Notes under the pieces: model-generated
What the model was told of the DNA's origin: nothing
The model's input: only the letters and a program-made list of their open reading frames with translations
The model's database searches: none
Program-made: the position numbers and the translations under genes
Assembly (NCBI GenBank): GCA_002633005.1
Contig: NMRA01000001.1
Location: 9,328-73,327 of the forward strand
From: Phoronis australis
Taxonomy: Eukaryota > Animalia > Phoronida
Direction of reading: 5' to 3'
Length of the DNA stretch: 64,000 bases
Shown: positions 14,669-27,797 of the stretch, piece by piece
How the letters are laid out: each line of letters begins with the position of its first letter
How positions within the stretch are numbered: position 1 is the first letter of the stretch

Positions 14669-15255
14669 CACCACAACTGATGGGATGCTTTGAGAATCAG
14701 ATTCTGTAACTTGACTATCCTTAGCAAAGGCAAATTGTAACTTCGGTGGACGGTCCGACTTCTTATCCTCACTCTGTGTCCGCTCAAATGTTGATCGCGG
14801 ACCATTTGGCTTGTGCCTCAGTGATGGACTGCTGGAGCTGAGTCCCTGCGATCTCTCGGGTGTTTTACGGCTGTCGTTTTGACTGGAATTCATATCGCTT
14901 TGTTTCAAAACATCATCAATACATGTCTCTAATGGAATGACGGGCAAAAGGCCATCATGTGTGTCACGCCTGGAACGTTCTGGAAATGACTCATCAGCTG
15001 TGCTCGTCTGCTCCTCATCTGCAATGTATCCACTAGTATTCGGGCTCAGAATATTTGGATGGCTCGTTGCCATATAGTTCCCGTTGTCCTTCTTGCTGAT
15101 CTTATCACTTTTGCGACCAAGAAATGTTTTTGTTGTACGACGGAAACTCTTCCAGAGGCGTTTCCGACGGCTCATGGATGGAGAAGCAGACGCATGTTCC
15201 ACTTGGCGGACGTCACTTGTGCTCTTGGACATTCTGTCATCAAAGGCAAGGTCAT
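14669..15255 (-). CDS. Coding exon 2 of a probable MCTP-family (multiple C2 and transmembrane domain) gene, N-terminal low-complexity region
   Basis: The exon is open between acceptor ttccaccag| (phase 1) and donor |GTAAGT (phase 0) and encodes DLAFDDRMSKST...RLWKSFRRTTKTFL...MATSHPNI...SIPSVVV. The exon itself is well supported. The family call rests only on recalled resemblance to MCTP1/2 N-termini, and no C2 domain lies in the window. Confidence 0.65.
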
Positions 15256-18148
15256 CTGGTGGAATAAATTGAAATTATTTAGGGAAAAATTGACAAAATA
15301 TTAAAAAAATAAAACTTACAAGAACAAAGAATTTACATCACAGCACGGCCAATTTAATTCTGATAAAAAGTAATCTTTCTAGGACACCTTCTACTTGATA
15401 TAACTATCAAGGCAAATGCTACTTATTTGTGGCCAACAAACCACAGCTATGATCAATTGTTAGCTTTAGAAGCTATGTAAAGTAAGTCTTAACTGAAAAA
15501 TACCATCTTCAAGAAATATCTTGATGCCTCAATTGACAGCAGTTTCTTTGTCATTTAAGGAATATAAGAACGTCAAATTTCTCATTTTTAACTTTGCAAT
15601 TACCCAGCTCACTCAGATTGACGACCAGGCTTAGCTTAACACCCACCTGCGAAATTTCAAAATTATTACACAGTGCTCATACTAGTACGCAGCCTAAATA
15701 CCCCCCCCCCCAATTCATAGGATTAATGACTTCATTAAATGTGCCTTTGTCTCTGTAAACAGTCATCTCACGCCAGTTATTATAAACTCCAACAATGTAA
15801 GAAACTCATCAAGATAAACTCTCACCAATTTAAGGCACAAAGTGGTCAGAAAGTCACATTTCACCTGTGTTTTTTCCATGTAGCGCCAAACTGAGTGATT
15901 TTCTCTGCTCAAGTTTTGTACCAAAACTACCAACAAAGTTGCGAAAAAAATGTTTACATTCACAACAAGGTAAGAGATCATAGAAAAATGAAAACAATCA
16001 TTTTTGTACAAATTTGGTGAGATTTACTGTGCTTTGCGTAACCAACATTCAAAATTTCAATGACACCTTGCCAAAACTGGTACTTTCCTGTTATTTTTTA
16101 TTTGACTTTTGCAGTAAATTGTTGCATTTAGATGAAGTTGCCAATAGGATAAATCTCCATCATGTGATTGATAAAATTTTATTTTGTTTCCACAACTACT
16201 TGCTCAGTTTAATGTGTCCCAAGCGCCAACCCGGACTTCATGGCTACCTACCATTTTCATTGGCCAAGACATAGAGAACAAAACAAACAGAATCAAAACA
16301 ATATAACCATATTTCCATGCAGGTACAGCTAACTTCTCACAGTAAAATTATTCTCTCCTAGAAGTATCACAGAAGGGCTAAAACGCTGCCAAGAATATTC
16401 AACGTGCTCGGCTGGGTCATTTTCCCCAATAGAAAGATTTCTCACCACCTAGAATCACTTAAAACATGTTCACTCTCTGCATGTTTTTAGTTGAGGTGAG
16501 CGGACTAGCTACAAAAGTTACAAAAACGCCAGTAGTTTTGGGGTACCTCTAGCTGCCAGCAAAGCGCAAGTAAAACTGACACTTGCTATCGAAAGTGGAA
16601 GCGAAAGCACTGTGTCCCAGCTAGTGGTGTGAACGGGGCATAACTGAACATTGAAGTTGCATCAGTAACCATGACTATGAAATCGGTATTTTGTTCCTTA
16701 CTCAAAAACGCAGTGATTTCTGGGTTTGTCAAGAACTTTAATGGTTAATCGTACAAATCATGCTCCTCACATCAGTGACATGCTGTGACTAGGCAAAGAA
16801 GAGCCTCACTCAGATCTGGGCAATAAGGTTATGAAATTATCGTCGATTTGATTGATCAGCAATTTCGGACCAATTTTTAAATTATAAGTAGTCCTGATCA
16901 AATTTTTTCTGATGGAAGGTCAGTTAATTGCCACTTAAAGTAATTAATTCACATAAAAACTGTGGGATTTTTAAAAAATGTTATCAGGTACATGCGCAAA
17001 ATCACTCCCCTAAACAAAACAAAATCTAGCATGATGTTAAAATTTAAAAAAAAGGAACTCAACAAATACATCTTATTTGAAAACAGGTTTTGTCATAGAT
17101 TTTGACTGACATGTGATCCATCTATACATGAGACGCAAACAAATTGATGATGAGTTTTGAAGTAACATGGTTATCTCACAGAATTAATGCCAACATATGT
17201 AGATTACCGTACCAACCTAATCTAGATTTAATTACACCAAAGGCTTGCATGTCCGCCCTTCCCTGTGACAACGTGCAGGAGATACCAATACCCAAGAACA
17301 GTTTGGGTACTGGTGTCAAAATACCATGGACGATCTTTACACCAAGCACTCAACTACACTAATGATCACATACATGTAACCTGGCAACAGAAATGTACCG
17401 GTAACTCACGTTCTCCATTTCTCCATGTTTCTTACCTGAGGCTATCAGGTGAAGCGTATTTAGAAATTAATTTCAATGTTTATAAACATGGACATCTGGC
17501 TGTGTGTTAAGTGCACTCCTGCATACTTCTGACATGAGGACTAAAGGCTTGTGAAAGGGATGGGAAAGGGAAGGGAAAGTGTTGACAAAGACTGCTGTTA
17601 CTACGGCAAATATAAAAAGAATCGAATTGAAATGGGCTTTGGCATATCAATATCGAAATCGGTTACTCTCGCATCACATTTCCATTTCAATTGAATTGAG
17701 ACAGTCTTCACACTCTATGTCATTACCACAGACAAAAAATAGATGGCATCAAAATGCCCCCGTTTTAGCTTTGTATAACTAACTCCACACCAAAATCCAA
17801 AACGACAGAGCAGGTGTTCAGAATCCTACCAATTTCAATAATCGATGATTGGACACTGCACGGTAACCCATCATGATTACCAAGAATGAACTTACTTTCA
17901 AATACTAAATTTTTGTTCGTGAAACCATAAAAAATTCATGATAAAGAAAGATATCAACACAGAAATCATAAATGGATTGTTTTATGTAAACATCATCATC
18001 TACGAGGCAATGATTTTTAAGGGAGACCTCGCACACTGCAGGTTTGATTTGCGCGAGGCTTGCAAATCGTTTCTCTATTCTGAAACCTACAAAATAACGT
18101 TCACTACAATCCGTCTTGTCTCCATGCTACAACGAGCAGGCTCAAGAC

Positions 18149-18211
18149 ATGGTCACGTGACTACAAACTATGGTCACATGACTACAAACTATGGTCACAT
18201 GACTACAAACT
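18149..18211. repeat. 21-bp tandem repeat, 3 copies
   Basis: atggtcacrtgactacaaact x3. Confidence 0.9.
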
Positions 18212-18236
18212 TCCATGCATTAAGGACTTTAAAACC

Positions 18237-18950
18237 ATAGTAGTAATCGTAGTAGTAATACACTTCATTCACGTTAAGACAAAATATACAATTAATACAC
18301 CTCAACACTTATGGAGACTCCATGAAGGACCTGAAGTAACCGCTGACCACAGAGCTGCCAGAGAATGAAAATACAACATTACAGGTAATCAAAATTACAA
18401 AATTAGGTGATACTTCAAAACAACGTTCTTAATATATATATAATTTATAACAGAGGATAACGAATGGGTAAAAATTTTTGAGAAACACTTTCAGGAAAGT
18501 TATTAATTATTTGAGGTAGGGCATTGCGAACTGAATCTTCAGTAAATGATTTAGTACAACGGGGAATTTGTACAAGATGTCCTTGCCTAGTGTAATGTTC
18601 ATGAACAGATTTACGGGTTATTAAATTGAACGTGTTAAAAAATGAAGGTAGTTATTACGAACACATTTGTAGAAAAATTTGATAATAGCAACAACATGCA
18701 AGTCCTTTATTTTAAGTATCTGTGTAGTCCTGAATAAAGGATCTGTATGGGAATTAAAATAACTAGAGGTAATAAATAAATTGCGAATAACATTTTCTGT
18801 AATTTGAATATTCTATGATGTTCACACCCCCATAACAGAATGCCATAATTAAAATGAGGAAGGACAAGGCCATTATATACAGTTTTCAAAGTTTCAAAGG
18901 GCAAGAAATATTTAATGTTATGAAGACCACCACAGAGTCTGCTCATCTCT
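18237..18950 (-). mobile_element. 5'-truncated LINE (L2/CR1/Crack group): ORF2 C-terminus, 3' UTR and (TAC)n-like tail
   Basis: The minus strand reads LPFETLKTVYNGLVLPHFNYGILLWG...IFKLQK, then after a frameshift NSHTDPLFRTTQILKI, typical of the post-RT region of these LINEs. It ends in tattactactacgattactac. Confidence 0.85.
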
Positions 18951-21900
18951 CTTTCATACAGTTGTTAAACTGTCCACTAATGAACAACAACAGTCACTTC
19001 AGTTTTCAAAGAAACATCAATAGGTGCATATTTACCAACCATCTGATACTTCAATAGGCAAAAACTTCTATTATGTATTGAAAATTTCAGGTTACAATAG
19101 TTATTTTTTCATTAAAGTTCAAGCACAAATTATATTTAAAAACACAAAGAATAGCCGAGACAGTATACCAATCAGTCTGCACATGCTCGGATATTTCTGA
19201 AGTTTGACTTTTAGTCACTATTTCCTGATTATATATCGATATTTGGCCCATTAACACGCTTCATTCTTTTGAAGGCACACCTACGGAAATTGGTTTCACA
19301 TTATATCCTGGCCAGACCCGAGAGTGTTTGAAAGCATGGATAGAGTGAGCGCAAAGATATACTACAACAACAGCTTGCGATATTGTGGTTTAAAGATGCA
19401 TTTAACACGTTCAAAATACCTGTCACCTAATCATATTTGGGTTCTTAACCAAAGACTTAAAACAGACACCCGCTCTGCGATCATCTCACGGGAAATGGTA
19501 ATTTTTCTTGCATCATTCACTTATATGGGCATCCGTCTGCCACCATTTTTGAATTTCAAGGTTGGCCAACCCCAAAGAAATCAATGATTTTTTGGTCGTG
19601 TTTCTTGACCTGTTGAGGGTTTGTATTGGAAACATAAAACGAGTCCTACCACGGTAGGGGAAATATTGAGACTGATTTCACCTGAGTGAGAGGCTTAATG
19701 TGATTTACATTTTAGCCAGATAAACTTGGCAAACTGCAGCTCACGTAGTTCAACAATGATAATACTACAAGGTGCTAGGTCAGACCTGAAAAATTATACA
19801 TTCAAACATTGAGACACACAATTGTCCAAGTTCTAAATAAGGACTCAAGGTATCATGGATACATAGCAATTCTAAGCCATCAAGTACCTGCTTTTGCAAT
19901 CAAGTCTTGACAGGGTCCTCTGTGGACTCAGGGAATAGACCACTGTAGCAAACACTTTGCAATCACGAAAAGCCAACCAAATAACCACAGACAGACTTCA
20001 GTGAAAAAATCCTGCGGACACAATACCTTTCGCCGTTATAATGGAAATTATCATGGCTCGAATGGCGGGATTGGCAACTATACAATTGGCATGACAACAT
20101 GCTGGTAGGAAATATGAACGATTGTAATGCTGGGTAAATTTTCACAGCAAATACCGCACTCGTCCGAGTTGATATCCATGTTCGACTTGATGCCCACTTG
20201 AAAAATTTGAAAATTTTATTTTGTTTAAAAACACCCATGCATGGATTAACAACCACCCCAATATATGCAATTGGCCTTTCCTTGAATGAACTCAACATAT
20301 TTTTGTGAACAACAGGCAAATTTTCCTTCCAAAACGTACTTTTATTGATGCAGTTTGAGAATCAGTTATGGTGATGGTCACTAATACAGTGGTCCCGAAA
20401 ATTGTCAGAATCATTTTTCTCCACTGAATAATGGGAATCAAACTTTGGTTCTGGTAAGTAACTACTGTCCATTTACATTTGAGCAACAGAGTTTTCATAA
20501 CAAGCCTTCTAATTATTATTCTTCACAAGTTTGTCTTTTGCACGCGAGTTAAAAGAGTTTACTCAAGTCCACTTTTCAGCTCATTCTCCACCCTCCATTG
20601 CACAAAAACATGGTCATGTGTCATTATATCAAATTTGCTGGATAGATTAAAGTGAATCTGGTACAAAGATACAGAGGGGGAAGAGTATGGTAGACAGTTG
20701 TCACCTCACTTGGTCAAAGTAAATACAGGCAATTCAGAAAGTGTCCAAAACACAAATGCGTGAAATGATCAACTTCCTTCAACCATATCGGAGCATAGAT
20801 ATAGTCTCGCTAATTTGGGACAAAAACAATTGTCAAAACTACCTGTTTTTTGTTTTCACTGGCTGCTAACAATATTTGACATATTATACGGTAAAAGCCA
20901 ACAGTATTCAGACAAAATGACCGGGAGTTTTCCGCCATCACCTTTGGGCAGGTCAGCAGTCTAATCCCCAATGACCCAGAAGGAAAGAAATTAACAGAAG
21001 AGTTACTAAGGTGGCTAAGGTACTCTGCAATTATAACATTGTGGCCTTAATAGTTGTTAAATGAGTCATTTTTATTTTTAACAGAATTAGTGCTCATGGC
21101 AAAATGTCACTTTGTCTGATTACTTTAATTTGTCTTGAACTGTGTAGCACACATCACAGAGCTTGAAAGTCAGGAAAGACATTCATTTGACATACTAGGA
21201 TACAGAAAAAATGTTTAGAAAAATGAGAAAATAAATTTTGTTTAAGTGCTCCTACTTGAAGATTAGAAATCAGATCATTAAGGTGCATCTGCTGCTGAAG
21301 ACTGAGCAGTCAAGGTTAAAGTCTTAAGGATCGTAGAAAAATGTCCGATTGTGGCCATCATTTTTAAACCTGATCAGATTCACATGAATCTTTTCCATAA
21401 CTTATAGGGCTTCATACACCGGATGTTCTCCATTGAAAACTCTACAAGGAATTGGTTTTGAATGTTCCACTTTTGCATGAGGTGCTATCAAAATTGGGCC
21501 TTCTTTAATGAAAACATGTTAAAGTTACACGAGATGAAAACAAAAAGCTAAACTTTAAGAAAACTGCAACAACCCAAATTTTCCTAAGAAAGCGTGGTCA
21601 CATAAATTTCCCTAAAAACATCACGGTCACGTGAGCGGCAGATTTCAGAAAATGAACTTCTGTCCATGCAGTTAAATTCTGTAGATCTATAGATATATGG
21701 TTGAATGCACAGACATTTGGACAAAGTCATTTATAACATAAACATCTCATAATCACGTAGAATTTGCAAAATAGTTGTCAGTCAAACGGAGTACAACATG
21801 CAGGTCCAATAGCCGAATGCTTCCAGATGCTAACATTACATTGCCACAGTGCATTCTTAAAATCGTAAATGGCCTGTGCACAACTCATTCTGAAACCAAA

Positions 21901-21976
21901 AAGATGCCATCAGTCAACAGAACCTCAACACTAATCCCAGGTGTTATGATGCGACACTTGGGTAAAAAAGCGAAAG

Positions 21977-22148
21977 AACGTATCCCACTTTTCCTAACAT
22001 CATAACGTGTCCCACTTCTCCTAACATGTCCCACTTCTCCTAACATGTCCCACTTCTCCTAACATCATAACGTGTCCCACTTCTCCTAACATCATATCGT
22101 GTCCCACTTCTCCTAACATCATAACGTGTCCCACTTCTCCTAACATCA
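21977..22148. repeat. Minisatellite with mixed 27-bp and 19-bp units
   Basis: Core gtcccacttctcctaacat is repeated ~7 times, with or without an extra ~8-bp cataacgt segment. Confidence 0.9.
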
Positions 22149-23828
22149 GCTGACAACAAGACTTTTTCGGAAATACGGAAAAAACACATCACATTTATTT
22201 TTTGGTTAACAAAGCTTACAGGTGATCTTCCAAGTATTGTACAGTTACAAAATGTTACCTTTGACTCTAAGCAGCTCTGAGCCCAAATAAACCACATCAA
22301 AGTCATCCTTCGACTCCATGACATCACAGAACTTGAGAACATGCTTAGAATTGCTATACATATTTGTAAATGTGATAAATGTTCATGTCCTAAGTGTTCA
22401 CTGCTTCACAGAATGCAGAAATTGTTATCGAGACACCAGTGCCAAACTGTGAACTGGGTACAAGCAGATGTGGTCAGGAAAGCTGATCAATTTCAGATGG
22501 ATTGATTTACCAACTCTATCAGAGGTGTAAATTAATTATCATACCCAAGAGGCAGACTTTATGGAGACTTACAATTGCCATCCTCCAAGGAATTTTTAAA
22601 CAAAAATGAAACATACTCCTATTTGTGGTGGACACCCATAGAATGTTAATGCATAATTCACAAGTCAGGTCGGTCACCCTGGATACATTTCCAGTCCTTT
22701 TGACTTTCCTTTACTTCAAATGACAAATTTTGAACATCAATTTTTCGTCTGCACAGTCAGAAAGAATCACCCGATTCCAACAGTTTACACTGGAATATAT
22801 GAGGGAAAGGTGTCTTAGATGTTTTTAGTTTCCAAAACGAAGACCAGAGACATTAATTTAACTGATACAGGTTTAATGAAATATTATACATATATATAAT
22901 ATCGTTTAAAAAAAGTTGCTAAATTACAATGAAATTTGCCTTGCTACTTCAAAGTCATGGTCAAAAACCAAACGAAAACCAGGATGAAAATACACAAGAT
23001 TACTTGAATGCGGGGAAATTTTGCTTCGAATTTTCTACCAGAATGAACATTGTGAACTTTTTGAGAACAATTGTTGTGCTCTTTTTTGAGCGTGAATAAC
23101 AAAAAGGAGGCTAAATTCGATGCCAACTGACAGTAAAATATAATTTCCTACAAACATGAATGGACCATAATAGTGAAGACCAAAGTGTTGAGTGCAACTG
23201 TAAAGGTACACAACTGCACTGTACAACCAGAATGAAACCCTTGGCTAATCTATATTATCAGGTACTATCAACATGTGAGATGATTTTACACAACAAAGAT
23301 AAGAGATCAATAAAACAAAACCAGACAGCCAAGGGTTTGAATCTCCAGAATACCTGATATCATTTCCTTATTTGTTCTGATCCCTGTACAAACTAATTGA
23401 GATAACTGCACAGATACTGCACAGCAAACCCCCATAGCAGCAAAGATAAACCTCAAAGAATGTTGAGGTACACAGATTGCAGATATTTTTATGAATAGGC
23501 AGCAGGGAAGTGATACCTTTAGTTGCAGTCAAATGACTGTAGCAGGTAGAGCCTTACTGTCTACAAGGACCATTTGTAAATACCCTAGGTAAACAAATTA
23601 CAAGAGTTTTGAAAATTCACTCTATCATACTGGACTAGGTTGCATAAAACTTCAAAACTATCCATTGGATAAGTTTGGTTGTTGCATGATGCCAGGTGCA
23701 TTATTCAACAATAGCAACATGGCCTGCGATAATGCCAAATCATTGAATGCTATGCAGTGTGAGTTATGTGCAGCCTATAACTTTTGTGCAACTGGGCCCC
23801 CGATGTCCAGCCCCATTTCGACTACTGT

Positions 23829-24066
23829 CAGTGGCAGATCTACGATTTCAGTAAGGGGGGGTTTAGGATTCGAAAGAATCCGAGGTGCGTAGCGCCGCGG
23901 AGAAGGAAGGTCGCGAGAGGGTTTCCCTCCTCCCGTGTAAGATTTTTTGGGATTTTTAGTAGCTAATTTCGTTTTTCTGGCGATTTTTTTTCCAGTTTTT
24001 ATTTTTGATCCTGTCCCGAGGGGGGGGGTTTAAACCCCCTGAACCCCCCCTGTAGATCCGCCTCTG
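23829..24066. mobile_element. hAT-like MITE with 5-bp TSD
   Basis: TIRs cagtggcagatctac...gtagatccgcctctg, with TSD actgt at 23824-23828 and 24067-24071. Confidence 0.85.
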
Positions 24067-25210
24067 ACTGTCCATCCAAAGTTTAAAACAATTCACTTTT
24101 AAACAAGGAGCATATTCTGCTTAGTTTGATTTTAACAAAGCACTTCAGTCATTTACTTATTTTACATTTTAATACTTTGGCACTGACAATGGAGTGGGTT
24201 TTAATTTTTAAAACGAAACATTATGAAAAATTTTATTGAAATATTCCCAAGGTTGATTTTGACAAAATTGTTGTTCAGTTCCATAAAACGGAACTGATTG
24301 TGATTTGCACAGCCCATTACTTATCCACACTGAGACAGAAGGTGTCATATTGGATCCAGGACCATGATACCAACTTGGCTCGCACTTCACCAGGGAAACA
24401 AAACAAATACCAGGCAATAGGCTGCATTCTCAGCATGGACAGAAGAGCCACCTGTAGGTTAAATTAGTGTCCAGCCATGAACAGATCGCGCTCCGTTCCG
24501 GGGCAAACATAAGAAATGGACAATGGCAGTTTCAAGCTTTTACATCGCCAAACTGGAAATATTTTACAGTGTATACTAATCTATGTATTGAGCCTACAAT
24601 GTTTACACAAGATCACACAAGATGAACAAAATGAAGCACACAAGATCATGATGTAGGAAGTCATATTGAAGTCACTATCTGATTGGCCTGCCATCTATTG
24701 ACAAAAAGCTCAGGATGGTCTTCGGTCTAGTGAGCTCCTTGTAAAAAGGTTAACGGTTCTGGTGTCACACATCAATATTTGAATTCTAATGAACTTGGGT
24801 CGTTCTTTGAATGAAATACTCCAATAACCACATACCTTGTCATTTATTGATCCAGCATTGTGTAAACAATTTACAAAGAAACAGTGACACAGAGAATATT
24901 AACATAAGGAACAGTCACAGTAAACTGGTGACATGTTCTATAATGAATGCAGATCACAAACCAGGATTGTTTGCATTCCTAATTCTCAAGATCCAACTAA
25001 AAACCAGATTTATAACATAAAAACAAATTTTGAAAATGGTTCTACTGTCACGCAGATGACCTGCTTTTGACTTACTCTTCTGATTTACAAGACCTTTCAC
25101 TAACTTAAATCTGGTGTGAGAGTAGGGTTGATGTAAATTGCAAAGTTAGTGGAACTATTCATACCTCAGCCTCAGTAGTTAACAGACATTGAAGTAAACG
25201 GTAGGTGATG

Positions 25211-25628
25211 CAGGCCTTTATCCAGGATTTCGAAAATAGGGTGTCCAAAATGGGGTTCCCAATATTCCGGGGCGTTCATGATTCCGACACATAACCCCCC
25301 GACCCCCAGCAATCCCCCCAAACACACAGATTTTTTTTTACCAAAAATGTGTAGACCAAGGTTTTTACAATGCTATCAACCAAGTGTGAGCATAGCAACA
25401 TTGTATATACTTTGTATACATTGTATATTTCTTCCTGCTTTGAAAAAAGAGCCTCCACTGTGAGTCTCTAGGCTTCCTAGTAATCATTACAATGTGTGTG
25501 TCCAAACTTGAAAGGTTCCTATTGACAGTGGGCGTCCAAATGATACATTGTGCATCCTTGCCAGGGAGTCCATTTTAGTGCTAGGGCGTTCATTTGGACA
25601 CCCAGGACGTAGGCTGCATAAAGGCCAG
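25211..25628. mobile_element. hAT MITE with 8-bp TSD
   Basis: TIRs caggcctttatccag / ctgcataaaggccag (13/15 match), with perfect TSD aggtgatg at 25203-25210 and 25629-25636. A second, inverted copy starts at 31209. Confidence 0.92.
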
Positions 25629-26071
25629 AGGTGATGCTGCCGCCTTCAGAAGTAATGGCAAATAAGCAGTGGCCCCTGCTGCATGACACTTCGAGGAGAC
25701 TGAACTTGCCCATTGTCAATGAGGAGTTGTGGTCAGTAAAAGGATAACTGTGAACTTTAACAGGCAAGAATCTCATCCAAATTTGGAAGATTTCATATCA
25801 ATCATGAAGGTGTAATCCAATCTGTTTGATCATGGACTCCCTTACCACCCAGGGGGGTACTCTGCTCAAACTATATTTTTGATGGGAGGTGCTCATAACT
25901 ACAAAAACACAGATTTGTCTAAAGTCGATAACATAGTCAGGCAAGAGGAACCCCTCCCCTCCCTCATGCCACCCCTCTCCCCCTCATGGCTACTTGTTTG
26001 CTGATTGGGGGGGGAGTGTGCGTCAGTTAAAGGTGATTCTTTTCAATAAAAAGCGCTTCCCATTTAAAAAC

Positions 26072-26261
26072 GGACTTTCCCACTTTGTCCAAAACTGAAA
26101 TGTAATATTACAATATAGATAAATATCAACATTTTGACTTTAAATTTAGCTTGTAATCGAGAAGGGGAAATGATCAATTACAAACCAAATTTAAAGACAA
26201 AATGTTGATATTTATCTAAATTATAATATTTCATTTCAGTTGGGACAAAGTTAGAAAGTCC
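26072..26261. repeat. Long inverted repeat (~90-bp arms, ~13-nt spacer), probable palindromic MITE
   Basis: 26072-26160 matches the reverse complement of 26174-26261 with few mismatches. Confidence 0.85.
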
Positions 26262-27751
26262 CTTTATAATTGGATGGAAACTGATGAAAAGAATTTTGTG
26301 TGACTTAAAAATGTTTTTCAGAGGGCAATGAAGCAGATATTTGGCTCTCCAAAAATTGAGGGTTCGGGGAGATGAAGACCCTAAAGTACTTTGCGGAATA
26401 CATGCAGAATATTAAATCACGGATGGAGATGTCTACGATGCATCCTCCTCCTTCTGTAAGTCCAGTAATTGATTTAATTTTCTACATATTATTTACTCAA
26501 CTGAATGACTGAATCATATAAGTTTGTGAAGTAAGTACTAATTATTAGATCAGGACATGTCCCTTTGAACATAATATATCGGTATCTTGTTCATAACACA
26601 AACTAGTTCTGTTACTAGTGGTGAGTGAGCACATTATATCCCTGGATCCTGGAGAGGGTCCCCCACACAGAATGTTCAGGTTTGTAATAAGGACACTAGC
26701 AATTATGCATCTGGTGTTGTAAGACCTTATTCAATAAATGAATGGAGATTTTCAGCAAGTTAGGAAAATTGAACTGCTTGGGATGACATTCAGACTGGTG
26801 TTAAATCTGGGATGGGTCAAGGGAAGGGGGACCAGACAGTGCTACCGTCTCTACTTAGCAGCTGAGACAGTGATACTTTCTAGGGGGTGGGGTCGCAACC
26901 TGGAGTGTTGAAGGAATATGTTGGATAACCTATACAGCGGCAAGCCAGTGGCACCCTTGTCCCCCCAAATGTGCCTGCAAAACAACTTGATGTTTTATAC
27001 AAAAAAACAACTTTCAGCAGCCACTGCGTCGAAATAAATTATTTCATTGATAACAAACGTTCGAAAACTTTTGAATTCTCATTCCAAGCCTAAATACTTG
27101 AGCAAAAATTAATAGTTGACATTGTGTTTTAAAGCAAAGCAATGGAATAGGGATTAATCCCTGAATATACCAAGCTGAAGGTTAGTGATAGTTGTGCAAG
27201 CAAGGTGACCACAAAGTTTCATGTAAACTACCTAAACTGTTCTAGGTCACCAGGTTTGAACAGTGACCCAAGAGTTTTCAAAACTGACCTATATTTAGCA
27301 TGCAACTATTTTCATACTGAACATCTTTTGACTTTGATGACAGACTTAAGCACAAACTTGTAAAGTGCAAACTCGTACAGTTGAGTCATCTCCTAATTTT
27401 CGGTATTAAAACCCCGACGACCTACAGCACTTCAGTAAGCTATTTAAAAACAGCGACTTTGATGATTGTTTAATGTGGGCAAAAAAATTTTGACTCCAGT
27501 TTTCAACAGTCACACCGCAGCCCTGGTGGATGCAATGTCAGGTCCCCTCTAAATGAGTGTGACCACTGCATTAAATATGTTCTTTTTCATCATTATCGTG
27601 TGAGATACTCAGACGGCATAATTATTGCCTGGAAACAATATTAATAGCTGTCAAGGGAAAAATAGTCCGTTCCTTATTGTACAAACTGTTAGAGAAATCT
27701 CCATGATAGCAAGTAACAGCATATGTTCACGAAAACAACAACGGATTTAAA

Positions 27752-27797
27752 ACTTGACATGTTTCGGTGTCATATATTAAACACCATCCTCAGAAGT
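27752..27797 (-). ncRNA. Minimal type-I hammerhead ribozyme motif (Penelope-like element type)
   Basis: The minus strand reads ACTT-CTGAGGA-T-GGTGT(ttaatatatg)ACACC-GAAAC-AT-GTC-AAGT. This gives both core boxes, stem II, a palindromic ACATGT stem III, a GUC cleavage triplet and stem I ACTT/AAGT. Confidence 0.7.
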
